A program made the translations under genes and the position numbers. Below the pieces are notes generated by a model that saw only the letters and a program-made list of their open reading frames with translations, searched no databases and had not been told where the DNA came from. A stretch of 64,000 bases of DNA from Tubiluchus corallicola (taxonomy: Eukaryota > Animalia > Priapulida), in contig JAQGDQ010000535.1 of NCBI GenBank assembly GCA_030141605.1, positions 62,001-126,000 of the forward strand. Direction: 5' to 3'. Below are positions 24,845 through 37,885 of this stretch, piece after piece (the first letter of the stretch is position 1; the number at the start of each line of letters is the position of its first letter).

Positions 24845-25545
24845 CGATACGATACGATACGATAATATTTATTTTCATTGGTATGATATAAAACAGTACA
24901 TATTTGTAGAAACATGAGCTTAAAGCTCGTAAACTGATATCAAACATAATGTATATGAGCGATAACATGGTAATAATATGTACTTCTTAAAATCTTTTGG
25001 ATGCCACCAGAGGTATTGGTACAAGAAAAATTAAAACTACATGAAGACAGTAAAAATTGAGACACTTAAGAATCGAGACAGTAAAAATTTTAGACAGTAA
25101 CATTTTCTGACATTTACACAAAAGGCTATCTAGGTCAATAAAAAATTTTCTGCCAACATTTCAGCATTTAATTACGACTTAACAAAATTGGGAAGTTCGC
25201 TGAATTTACAAATGGCATGTTTACAGATACACCAGTCCATGAGTTAATTAGACGTTTAAATTCCCCAAGATTTTTGGCCATTCGAAGACAGTTTGGTAAT
25301 TCATTCCACAATGTGGCTCCATAATAGGAGAAACTTTTCTTGCCATTTGTAACACCATCATATGTAGGGTGTTCTGCAGTGTTCATTTTTCTGAGGAAGT
25401 AGCGGTTTTGCTTACGTTCCTCTATCGGTCCATGGAGATAGGACGGGCAGTTTTTGGACAAAATCTTGAATACTTTGTGAAAATACTTGATAAATATTTG
25501 ATATAAGTAATGAAAGATAAATGATTTGGCAACATTATGCAAATT
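24845..25545 (-). mobile_element. CR1/L2-group LINE 3' fragment
   Basis: GKKSFSYYGATLWNELP...FKRLI motif; (TCGTA)n tail near 24845-24865. Confidence 0.65.
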
Positions 25546-27102
25546 CTACCATTAAGCTTTGTATGTTAGGAATGTACGAATAGCCCAAAGATTCAAATAT
25601 CCCACAAACATGTCAAACGTGTCGTTAGTCGAAATGTCTGACATGATTTTTAACCATGTAAATTAAAAGTTTAACTGAAGGAATCGTCTAATTTGAATCA
25701 GAAAAAGACGATATTACACTGAAAACACTAAAACTTTATTAAAATCTTAAATTTCGTTTTAACGACGCTAAACATTTGACGCCTTTTTCACACTGCGTGT
25801 TTCATTTAAATGAAGATCTTTTTACTTTGCCATTTTTTATTTCATCGACAATGTTCTTAATTAATTTTTGGCAGCAAAAACAGTATGTGTTGCATTATTC
25901 TGTTCTAAAAATACACTAGCAATGTAAAACAGTACGATTATTATTTATGTTTTCCGGGTATGTTACCGAAACTGAATTTACAAAGCAAAACCGAAATTTA
26001 TTAGACACAGAAAACCGATACCAAAGCCAAACTGAAACATTTTTGCAAAACCAACTACCAGAGTTCCGTTCCCATCAAATTTAAAATAAATTTCCCAGAC
26101 CAAATACTTATTTCCCATAATCAAGTATTGATTTTCCATGATCGGGATAAGCAGAAGTCGCATTACCAGCAAACACATTCAAACAGTTTTGTGTATGGAC
26201 ATTCATACATATACTGATATATATAATGTGTTGGTACAGTTGCAGTAACGCTAACGAAATTACACTAATCATATTAAATATGATTTAATCCAGTCATAAT
26301 TTTGAAACAGAAATCGAAACTGGGAGCCTGCCATAGCAAAATTTCCTGAACACGAATCTCTGAAAAATATGTTTGACAAAATATCGGGTCACGGTGATTA
26401 TCTTTGCAAACCTTCCCAATTTCCCTGACTTTTTGCTGCATTTTCATCATTTTCCCTAACTTTTTGCCAAATTATCTTTTTCCCTGACTTTTCCATGACT
26501 TTCCAGGATAGTCTGTAAATGACGTTTTCTCATTAAGTGAATTAATTTAGCCTAGATTTTTCAGCAGTCTTTGATGTCTAAGAGAAGAGAAAAGGAAAAA
26601 TTGGATAAATGGTGGAAAAACCTAGGAAAAATGCTACAGAAAATTTTCCGAAATTTCCGCTGTGAAATTTAACAAATTCCGCTGAAACCGAAACTCAACC
26701 AAAAGTGCAATGATCCCAAACCGAAACGAAAACTTCGTTTCCGTAACATCCCTGACATTTTCGCATCCGGATTGACCGTTGGCCACTTGTACAAAGTGAG
26801 ATCTATTTTGCAGGCACCTGGGCGAAAACCTTATGCAAGGATTTTTTCCCCTGCAATCTGTTGCTATAGCAACCAGGATCTAGACAATATCGTCTCCAGG
26901 CCTCCCCGGGGTATGTATTTTACTATGCAGTGTTAAACCATTAAATGCAACATTGGGTCTTTGACATTAACGCTAGCTAGACCTGTTGCTGAGATGGAAA
27001 GGCTAGATAAGAAAGATCGGTAGTTTCAAGCAAGTAGAAAGAAATTAATGAACAGACCTCATAAAACATTTAATTCACATGAACTGAACAGCATTGATTT
27101 TG

Positions 27103-27445
27103 AACCCTGGAAAGTATATCAAATCTCTTACATGGAAGTCTTGGTTTCATTTAACGTCGCGATAGCGTCGCTAAGCAAGTACTTACTGTAGTAATCACTA
27201 AGCTGGTATTATTGCTTTTTACCCCTGGAAAGTATATCTCTTACACGGAAGTCTTGGTTTTATTTAACGTCGCGATAGCGTCGCTAAGCAAGTACTTACT
27301 GTAGTAATCACTAAGCTGGTACTATTGCTTTTTACCCCTGGAAAGTATATCAAATCTCTTACACGGAAGTCTTGGTTTCATCTAACGTCGCGTTAGCGTC
27401 GCTAAGCGAGTACTTACTGTAGTAATCACTAACCTGGTACCGAGA
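27103..27445. repeat. Three tandem 113-118 bp copies overlapping the dynein exon 16 donor
   Basis: CCCTGGAAAGTATATC...GTACTTACTGTAGTAATCACTAA(G/C)CTGGTA three times. Confidence 0.9.
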
Positions 27446-27580
27446 GCTCTTAATTCTCGGTTGTGACGTGACCATGGCTTCCCAGCTGAACAGCTGTTGC
27501 ATCACGTTCACTCTGGCTTCTTCTACGGACGGGCTCAGGTACATCACCTGGTTGGTCATCCTTACTTCGTGAACCAGACC
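27434..27580 (-). CDS. DYNC1H1: Dynein heavy chain exon 16 (GLVHEVRMTNQVMYL...SSRYQ)
   Basis: Conserved peptide, AG/GT borders. Confidence 0.93.
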
Positions 27581-29626
27581 CTGGTCAAAAATTCAGTCAT
27601 CGTAATAACAACTTCAACATAAACGGGATATGGCAATTCCAGTTAGTCATGCATATTAAGCAAAACTTTCGCGGGGTAATTTGTTACCCGCTTGGTCTTA
27701 ATCATAATATAACCCTTGTGGACAAAAGAAAATCATTTTAATTATTCTAAATTTAAATTTATGTTGTATATTTATCCTATTGTCATCATACTTTTTTAGT
27801 TTTGGATAGTGCTGCCATCTTCAGGTGCTCTTGTTAAAATTGTTGAAGCTTTCTCTTTACTGTTTAAATTTTCATTGGCTTCTACAGTCTTTATGAATGC
27901 ATAATCTTTAAACTTGTTTTCACACCTAAATGATTTCACCTGTAGTTCTGGTCACTTGGTTTTCTGATTTTCCCTTCACTGTTAATGTAGATTTTTCAGA
28001 ATTAAATCTTGAAACTAAATTTCAAGTTTTTTTGGTTTCTTCAAACCACCTTGATTGGTTAAGGGTTAAGCGTGCTTCTTATCGCACGCTTACTTTTTAT
28101 CTTCATCTCTAGTGACCAATCGCAAAAACTAAAAAACCAAAAACCTAAAAAAACATAAAAAAATGTGCAATGAAAAATCTAAAACATTACTGCTAACCAG
28201 TGGAAAATGAATGCAAAAACTGAAAAACCAAAAACCTAAAAAAAAACATAAAACAATGCGCATTGAAAAATGTAAAACATTACTGCTAACCAGTGGAAAA
28301 TGAACTTTGAAATTTCAAATATTCCATAATTCAGCTTTAAACATTCACAAAGATTTAAAAAAATGAAAAAAAAACTTTTCATCCCTCCCTACTGACATCT
28401 TTTGAGCTGATGAGGTAAAATAGAAACAATATTTTTTGTGGCCGGCCTAATATACTGTCGTAGATATTGATTAGCAAGTAATGATACTTAACTGGTAGCA
28501 AAATACTAGACGTTTAAAGAAAAATATTGGAACAATGTGAGAAGAACTGCTCAGAAAGGGAATTTCCCTACAGTTAATGCGCTGTAAAGAAGTAAACAGA
28601 TACACCCATCATCCTTCAAACTGTTACTACTATTTACACCACATTTATAAATGATGCAACTTGATGCGTAACTGTTTGTTGTGTGTTAGCAGCACGCATG
28701 GCAAATCATGTTGTAAAAGATATTATTATCGCCCACGCAGCTTATGACTAAATTATACATTGAATTAAGCACATTTTTTACTATCTCACTGTGAAATACG
28801 AGTTTCATTTCGTTTCGTAGATTTTGTGATGCTTTCTCTATTAGCCAGATTTGTGGTTCTGTGCTTGCAAACGAAAACCGTCCATAAGTCGCCATGGTAA
28901 AAACTACGTTATGATGCTTCATAGTAAAACGCACTGAAAATTGGGTCAAATTTCAATTTTTCATTTTTTATAAAAACAAACGCTCAATATATTGGACTCC
29001 GATATTCTATCATAAAGAAAATGTTCAAAAAATACGAAAAATCTAATTTCATAACCCCTTTATCCATTTCACAGTCTAGAAACTAGTGCTGCATTTGTAA
29101 AAAACTTGTATCTTCAAACTCTGATAGGAGCTCGTGGAAGCAGTCATTTTGTTTCGGTTTTTTTCTGCAGCCAAGCAAAGATCTTCGTCAGGAAGAGCCA
29201 TCTACTGGATTTAAACATAACTTCAATGTGTTTTTGCAAGGTCTGTAGCAATCAACATTTGTGCGGTTGCTAAGTGTTTTGTAGGAACGCAACAAAAAAC
29301 AATGGCTGACTTTAACAGTGTTTTCTCAAGATTATGTTTTTCAGTGCGTAGCCTGCACCTCAACTTCAATGTGGATTATCTCAGCTTAGAAATAACAGAG
29401 AACAAAGAACTTGGTACCAAAATGATCCTCATGAAATGGAGATTCAGGATATGTGAGTAACTAGAAAAGCTTAATTGCCAACTTATGAACGATTCTGCTA
29501 CACAAGCGGACATATAACAATCAATAAGTCTGCTCTGCATTCTTGTTATGTTTTAGGTAGGTTTAACCAAATTACAGAAAACTAATTATTTCCACAAAAA
29601 GCTGCTAAACGAGTAAACTGGATTAC

Positions 29627-29758
29627 CGTAATCTCCGGGTCACCTCCGAGCTTAGGCTTCCCCTCCGAGTCCTCGGGGGTGTCGTCTCTGTTTCCCTTCA
29701 GACACTCGGTCCACGCCTTCAGTCCGGCCTGCAACCGCATGGCCAGCCTCTTCTCCAC
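29627..29758 (-). CDS. DYNC1H1: Dynein heavy chain exon 15 (VEKRLAMRLQAGLKAWT...GGDPEIT)
   Basis: Hand translation; AG/GT borders. Confidence 0.92.
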
Positions 29759-30008
29759 CTACACAAAATAAAATGCATAAGTCGGGTCGCCGTCATCGCT
29801 GTTGCCATAGCAATGGTCAAGTACAAGTGCTCAAAAAGTGATGCTAAGTTAAAGGGAAAGTCAACTGTTTCTAGTAATACACGGTCAGGGCCGGCTCTAC
29901 GTAGTTTGACGCCCTAAGCACCTATATTTTTAGCACCTTTCCTCAACGGTTAACCCCCCACGCCCCACTGTCCCCACCGTATTTTCAATATTGAATTTTT
30001 CTCGTACA

Positions 30009-30568
30009 ATACAATTATAAAAATTTATTACATAGGCAGTTGACAAGATATCTTAACAGATTTGTTTTGTTTTATTCAGTGTTCATTTAAGTTTGAGATC
30101 ACATTGAATTTTGCATTTTATGTAGGTCTCCTGTTGGTAGAAGGGTATTGTTAACTGAAACCCCAAAAATGGGAACCCTCAAGAGAAGGCACAGTGTGCA
30201 TCATGGTTTATTGAGACAAAATCGTATGTGCAGATTCAGCAAAACTACAGAACTAAGTATGGAAGAGATCCATGGGGTTATGTGAAAGACGTCATGTATC
30301 GAACAAAGATATGGGACATTACTGACTTGAAGCAAAGGATTTCTGATGCCATCGCCACCATTGATGAGGCTATGCTCGAAACGGCAAGAAATCAAGTACC
30401 GTCTTGATGTGCTTCGTGCAACTAATGCTGCCCATATAGAGGTGCATTAAATGAGTTAAAAAAACTTTGACAACCACTGATTACATTAGAACAAATCTAG
30501 TTAACAAATCTTGTCAACTGCTTTGTAATAAATGTTTAAAATTGTAAAGAGACTTTATAGACACCCTG
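30009..30568 (+). mobile_element. Internally deleted Tc1/mariner element
   Basis: WGYVKDVMYRTKIWDITDLKQRISDAIATIDEAML..YRLDVLRATNAAHIEVH* transposase C-terminus; right end GACACCCTG|TA; partial inverted match near 30015-30048. Confidence 0.75.
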
Positions 30569-30700
30569 TATTATAGTGGTACCTGTGTGTTAAACGTAAT
30601 TATAGTCTATAATTAGCTATACTTAATTAATTAAGTATAATCAATTTCCTATTTACAGCTTATGTTGTGTTAACTGAACTCTTGAACTATTTATACGCAC

Positions 30701-30880
30701 CTCCTCGTCAAGCTTGGCCACCCAGCTGTGAAGATTAGAGTACTGGTGCAGACTCAGACCGTCCACCAGCTTCTGTATCTTGTTCAGTACGTCGGCAAAT
30801 GTCTTCATGGTGTAAGCGCAGCTTTCTAGTGAGCGAACGTCCGTATCAATCTCTTCTTCGATGCTCAGCAGATCATCCAC
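30701..30880 (-). CDS. DYNC1H1: Dynein heavy chain exon 14 ([10 protein letters not shown]...AKLDEE)
   Basis: Conserved peptide, AG/GT borders. Confidence 0.95.
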
Positions 30881-30884
30881 CTAT

Positions 30885-31756
30885 GATAAACAGTACAGCA
30901 GGTCGTAATTAGAAATGATGGTTTATTATCATTTTATCGTTTTCTAAATGTCTCCATATTAGTACGATAAACAGTACAGCAGGTCGTAATTAGAAATGAT
31001 CGTTTATTATCGTTTCATTGTTTTCTAAATGTCTCCATATTAGTAGATAAACAGTACAGCAGGTCGTAATTAGAAATGATCGTTTATTATGTTTCATTGT
31101 TTTCTAAATGTCTCCATATTAGTAGATAAACAGTACAGCAGGTCGTAATTAGAAATGATGTTTATTATCGTTTCATTGTTTTCTAAATGTCTCCATATTA
31201 GTAAGATAAACAGTAAGCCTATTAATGATGTTTATTAGTTTCATTGTTTTCTAAATGTCTCCATATTAGTAAGATAAACAGTACAGCAGGTCGTAATTAG
31301 AAATGATCGTTTATTATCATTTCATTGTTTTCTAAATGTCTCCATATTAGTACGATAAACAGTACAGCAGGTCGTAATTAGAAATGATCGTTTATTATCG
31401 TTTCATTGTTTTCTAAATGTCTCCATATTAGTAAGATAAACAGTACAGCAGGTCGTAATTAAAAATGATCGTTTATTATCGTTTCATTGTTTTCTAAATG
31501 TCTCCATATTAGTAAGATAAACAGTACAGCAGGTCGTAATTAGAAATGATCGTTTATTATCGTTTCATTGTTTTCTAAATGTCTCCATATTAGTACGATA
31601 AACAGTATAGCAGGTCGTAATTAGAAATGATGGTTTATTACCGTTTCATTGTTTTCTAAATGTCTCCATATTAGTAAGATAAACAGTACAGCAAGTCGTA
31701 ATTAGAAATGATCATTTACTATCGTTTCATTGTTTTCTAAATATCTCCATATTAGT
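30885..31756. repeat. About 81-bp minisatellite, about 11 copies, abutting the dynein exon 14 acceptor
   Basis: GATAAACAGTACAGCAGGTCGTAATTAG at 30885, 30966, ... 31678. Confidence 0.93.
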
Positions 31757-32039
31757 GATATGATCGCTGTAAGTATAACTAGTGGCAAGTTATTTGTTTT
31801 ATTTGTAGCTGATAACACCATGGAAGTTTCGTAAATTAGCAAAAGGCTGAAGTTGAAATCAGCGCCCGTAATACAGATTTCCCATATTGACGTTTTGATG
31901 TAAACACAATATCGGCAATTGGTTAATGGTTAAACTGAAATCATTCCTATTCTAATCAATTGATACACGGTGCTAAGATTTTCCCCCCGCGCTAACCCTC
32001 TTCCCTTAACCCTTTGATAACAGCTGCTTCATATTCGCA

Positions 32040-32270
32040 AATTCTGTAGGCGGTATAATTCTGCTAGTTATAATAGCAGTATGTATTCATATCAAACTCG
32101 ACAATACAACAAATTCCATATTCCTAAGAATAGGATCAATGTTATGAAACATTCTGTCATGTACAATGGTGCTGTAATGCGGAATAATTTACCCAGTAAA
32201 ATCAAACAAGCCGGTAACATAAATAAATTTAAGAGACTTTCAAAAAACACTTACTAGAAAATGTGTGATT
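32040..32270 (+). mobile_element. Degenerate LINE ORF2 C-terminal fragment
   Basis: SVMYNGAVMRNNLPSKIKQ...FKR, a variant of the G..LWN.LP motif. Confidence 0.5.
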
Positions 32271-32469
32271 TGATAAATGACTTCAGATGTAAATTTTTTA
32301 CCATAATTATGCAATTTTATCATCCCAATCAACTTTTAACTGCACTTTTAATTTATTTGCATGTACTTGTGTTTATATTGTACTAATCGCGTACCATGTA
32401 TTCTGTACTTTTAGCTGTAATTTTACCTTCTATATATTGTCGACAGATTTTATGATAGATTGTCGATAC

Positions 32470-32845
32470 GTGGTGGTGGAGGTGGTGGTGGTGGTGGTGT
32501 TGGTTGTGGTGATGGTGGTGGTGTGGAGGTGGTGTTGGTTGTGGTGTTGGTGTTGGTTGTGGTGTTGGTTGTTGTGGTGGTGGTGCTCTCGGTTGTGGTG
32601 GTGTTGGTGGTGTCGGTTGTGCTGTTGGTTGTGCTGGTGTGGTGGTAGTGGCGTTGGTGATGGTGTTGGTTGTGGTGTGGAGGTGGTGTTGGTTGTGGTG
32701 GTGGTGTTGGTTGTGGTGTTGGTTGTTGTGGTGGTGGTGCTGGTGATGGTGTTGGTGTTGGTTGTGGCGGTGGCGGTGGTGTTGATTGTGGTGGTGGTGT
32801 TGGTGATGATGATGATGATGATGGAATAATGATGGTGATGATTAT
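32470..32845. repeat. (GGT/GTT)n to (GAT)n degenerate trinucleotide tract
   Basis: Direct inspection. Confidence 0.92.
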
Positions 32846-32938
32846 GGACGTTTAATGAACATATAAGTCTCTTGACTTCTGTTCGCAGATGTATTATAAA
32901 TAAAATGAAATGAAATGAAATGAAATAAAAATAACTAC

Positions 32939-33094
32939 CTTTTCCTGGAAATTGAAGACGGAATCCGCGAGTTTCTGGACGTACGGATCCAGCTTGTACG
33001 ACTCCCAGACGAGCTGACCACCTTCGTTGATGTTACCCTGCACCTCTTTCTTCATTCCGGCCACGAGGAGGGAGATGGAGCGTCGTTCGTTTAC
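32939..33094 (-). CDS. DYNC1H1: Dynein heavy chain exon 13 ([10 protein letters not shown]...FNFQEK)
   Basis: Conserved peptide, AG/GT borders. Confidence 0.95.
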
Positions 33095-34199
33095 CTGAGA
33101 AAACACCGGCAGGTGTGCTTAACAAGCAGTAAGTACAAAAATGAATGACTTAGAGTCACATTGACACAGCTAATACTGGCATTTCCAGGAAGCAAGGTTC
33201 CCACAGCAATATTTCCTGTTCGTATAAACGAAGTTTTGGAAAGCATGAATGATAATTCTACTGGCAATTAGCATGCTCACAATTTCGTTGTGCGCACGCA
33301 CCATTGGTGTAGGTCAAAGGTTAATTACACCGCCACGTCACATTTATGTAAAGCAAAGTCGTCTGCCACGTCAGTTCAGTCATTTCAGTTGTTTTATGTG
33401 GTCTTTACTTAATTATGCATTAGTCAATGGGTAGAGGAATTTACTAGCAGGATCTTGCTTAGGAACAAGAGAAAATGAACTAGGTTAAGGTTCTAGCTTG
33501 CTGTTAAAACTGTTTCTGTTACAATAGCATGAGCTGCAAGGCATTGTCAAGTGTACACAAATGCGTTGACTGGTACAATTAACCTTTGACCACGATCATC
33601 ATCAATCGCTGGAACAAAAAAAGGCTAGTTCCAGAATTTAGCTACAAAGTGCAAAGTCCTGCACACTGAGAATTCCAAAACTATGCTACTATGTAAGTAA
33701 ATTTAAGATTTATTTAAGATCTCATTTAAAGATTATGTTTTAAGATAGCTGTTATAGATTCTTGCAACACTGTATATTGTAATATAACTACACGTGTACT
33801 GAAATGAGTGCGGATATTATGAAGTTGAATTTCTGTAGATATGCTACTTTACTAACATCTGTTGTCTTTGTAAGCTGTACATTCTTATGCGAAATAAACT
33901 CATAATAATAATAATAATAATTGTCAGCAAAATTTGCTATTAGAAACACCATAATAAGTACATCATCATATTTTACAATGATGGAGTTTGGCTATTTTAT
34001 CTATTTACACATCACAAGCAAGGACACGCTTTATTCATGACTAAATTAGAGATTTAGCCTAATATTTAAGTGCAAAGAAACAAAACTAGCTTAGCTATAA
34101 TCAACGTGACATTGTAATAAATATAATTTTGTTAAACCGGTTAGACCTGCACTTAACACTCCACGTTCAGCCATGTTTTATTTCAACAACGGTGGCCAT

Positions 34200-34694
<495 letters not shown>

Positions 34695-35074
34695 CTAAAT
34701 CACATACAGCATTTCACATATAAACACGCAAACAAACGTATAAACAAAATTTTGGCATCATGAAAGAAGAGAGTGACCATGAGAGAGAAATTTTAGCAAA
34801 TAATACAGAAGCAAACATTGTAAACAATAAACGAGTATTTGCTGCATAGCAAACATTTTTGTGGCAACATCGCTACTTTTATGCACTATTGGCTGCATAG
34901 CAGATATTTTTGAGGCAATATCGCCAGATCATATCAGGATCCATTAAAATTAATGGATCTCGGTAGTGGTACATTCCCATCTTATTTTCATCATAAATAA
35001 ATACATTTTCATTACAAATACGCTCATTATTATATATTATTATTATACACTCATACAACTGCTACAAATCGCAC

Positions 35075-35212
35075 CTCTTTTGCCAAAGTGATTATTTCGG
35101 GAAGGAAGTTGACCTTCAGTCGATGCACGGCCGCGCTTTTCCCGGGAACTCGGGATCTGGATGTTTCCACGGCGTAGATGCGTCCGGAGACGCCAAGCTG
35201 ACGCTGCTGAAC
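35075..35212 (-). CDS. DYNC1H1: Dynein heavy chain exon 11 ([12 protein letters not shown]...[12 protein letters not shown])
   Basis: Hand translation; AG/GT borders. Confidence 0.93.
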
Positions 35213-36312
35213 CTAAAACGAACAAGCAAACAAACATCGTAAACAAAAACATTGGTTATGCACCTATCATACATCTGAAAGACAGACAAGTTTTAGAACA
35301 TTTCTTCACTGCAAGGACTAAAATAAAACAATAATTGCAAAATTTTAATTATGCTACTTTAATCCTTTCACTACGAAAGGATTATGCGACTTTAACCCTT
35401 TCACTATGAAAGGTAGCACACTGCCGCCTACATTTTTCATGTAAGGGACGGAAGGCGGTAGACTGCCGCCCAAGCTGAGCAATAAGCACAGTTACCCAGG
35501 TCTGTTTATCGCACTGCCACGAGCATGCAAAACATTGTAGAAAAGTTTAAATTGCCGTGGGATCGGGGTTGCTTGGCAACAAGTAACGCTAACCAGCCAA
35601 TCAGCGTCAGAAGTCAGATGCAAAAAAACTTTGTAGTGTGTTAGAAATTTCCCTAACAAATGCTTACATGTGCCTCATCTGTACAAGTGACAGATCAACA
35701 TTCAATCAAGGGTATCTCAAAATTAAATTAGTCCAAAGAGTATCTAAAACTATTTATCAAAATCAAAATATTATTAACAAGTTACTAAACACAAATGACT
35801 ATTAAGAAATTAGACCAGCCTCAGTAAGGTCAGATTTGAAGCAGGAAAATAACTTCCATGAATATTAACTAGTAACTTGGTTAAATTGCTTTTAAAAATA
35901 ATTTAAAATTCTCTTCCTTATTAACAGATTTAATTTATTTATGGGTACATGATATTCAGCAAAAAAGTGCAACCAGTACGTTTGACACACAACAAACACT
36001 TTAATATCAGCAAAAAACTTCCTAACACACCACAAATACTTACTGGAATAACAGCAAGTTGTTTTAACACAAACGGTAAGAAAATGCCATTGAAAGTAAA
36101 ACAGAAGTATTAACTGAACAGTAGAAGTAAACAGTATGAAGTAAACAGAAGAAGTAACAGAGTTTTACATAAGTGTATCATTTTTGGATACTGCTGATCG
36201 TAACTCATTGAGTAGTATATATAAAATAGCATACAAATTTCTAATATTTTAATATTGGAATACACCCATAGCTATTGAATTGGATTAGAGCAACCGTTAG
36301 CTGTCTAGCAAA

Positions 36313-37226
36313 GTGGAAAAGTCGATATTCGGCATGGATCTGAACTGGATGTGAACTGTCGGGTCTAAAGCCCGTGGAAGGGTCGATATTCGGCATGGAT
36401 CTGAACTGGATGTGAACCGTAAGGTCTAAAACCCGTGGAAGGGTCGATATTCGGCATGGATCTGAACTGGATGCGAACCGTAAGGTCTAAAACCCGTGGA
36501 AGAGTCGATATTCCGCATGGAACTGCACTGGATCTGAACTATAAGGTCTAAAGCTCGTGGAAGGGTCAATACTCGGCGTGAAGAGTGTCTGAATGTGAAC
36601 CATAAGGTCTAAAGCCCATGGAAGAGTCGATATTCGTCATGGATCTGAACTGGATGTGAACCACAAGGTCCAAAGCCCATGGAAGAGTCAATATTCAGCA
36701 TGGATCTGAACTGAATGCGAACCATAAGGTCTAAAGCCCATGGAAGAGTCGATATTCGGCATGGATCTGAACTGGATGTGAACCATAAGGTCTAAAGCCC
36801 ATGGAAGAGTCGATATTCGACATGGATCTGAACTGGATGTGAACCATAAGGTCTAAAGCCCGTGGAAGAGTCGATATTCGGCATGGATCTGAACTGGATG
36901 TGAACTGTAAGGTCTAAAACCTGTGGAATAGTCGATATTCGGCATGGGTCTGAACTGGATGTAAACTGTAGGGTCTAAAACTCGTGGAAGAGTCGATATT
37001 CGGCATGGATCTGAACTGGATGTGAACCGTAAGGTCTAAAACCTGTGGAAGAGTCGATATTCGGCATGGATCTGAACTGGATGTGAACCGTAAGGTCTAA
37101 AGCCTGTGGAAGAGTCGATATTCGGCATGGATCTGAACTGGATGTGAACCATAAGGTCTAAAGCCTGTGGAAGAGTCGATATTCGGCATGGATCTGGAGT
37201 AGATGTGAACAGTATGGTCCAAAGCC
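36313..37226. repeat. 61-bp minisatellite, 15 copies
   Basis: GTCGATATTCGGCATGGATCTGAACTGGATGTGAAC from 36321 to 37175 at 61-bp steps. Confidence 0.93.
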
Positions 37227-37642
37227 TTTGTTACTACAACTCGTCAAGGCAAACCATACATTATTTCTACTTAGTCAGAACAAAGTGCCAAAAAGGATCC
37301 AAAATCTACCATGTGGAATTCGCGGAAACTTCGAAATCTAGAATACCGGCTGTCGGGTAAATGTCCCGAGTGCAAGAGGTGCCAAAACATGGACAAAACG
37401 CACGTGGCCGCATTTTCAAGATCACAGAAAAAAGTGAACATATTGTAACCGCACTGAAATGCCATTTGTTTTCACCCCACCCCTACACTGTTATGGTTCT
37501 GTCCGTTATGAAGACCGGCCTCTATGCACACACTGGGATGTAATGGTTCTGGTGGTCTGGTAGGTGCTTATTACACTCTCAGCCCTAACTCTCAGCAATA
37601 ATTTTCAAGCAGCAATATAGTCAACCACTAAGACATACAAAC

Positions 37643-37885
37643 CTTTCTGGACCACTCATCAAACAGCTCCTGTGTGTTCAGCTTCAGTCGAAAACTGTCA
37701 CCGTCTCCCTTCAGCTTGGCGCCCTCGACGTGGTTCTCCCATCCCTTGCCGAGGACGTCCTCAACGCGTCGCAGGTACGCCGTCAACTGCCTGTCGATCT
37801 GCTTGGCCCAGATGATGGATCCCGACACGGGCGGCAGGTCACGCACGCGACTCATCTTGCACGATTTACTGTGCGGATACTGTAC
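37643..37885 (-). CDS. DYNC1H1: Dynein heavy chain exon 10 ([10 protein letters not shown]...DEWSRK)
   Basis: Conserved peptide; a second in-frame acceptor lies 21 nt upstream. Confidence 0.93.
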
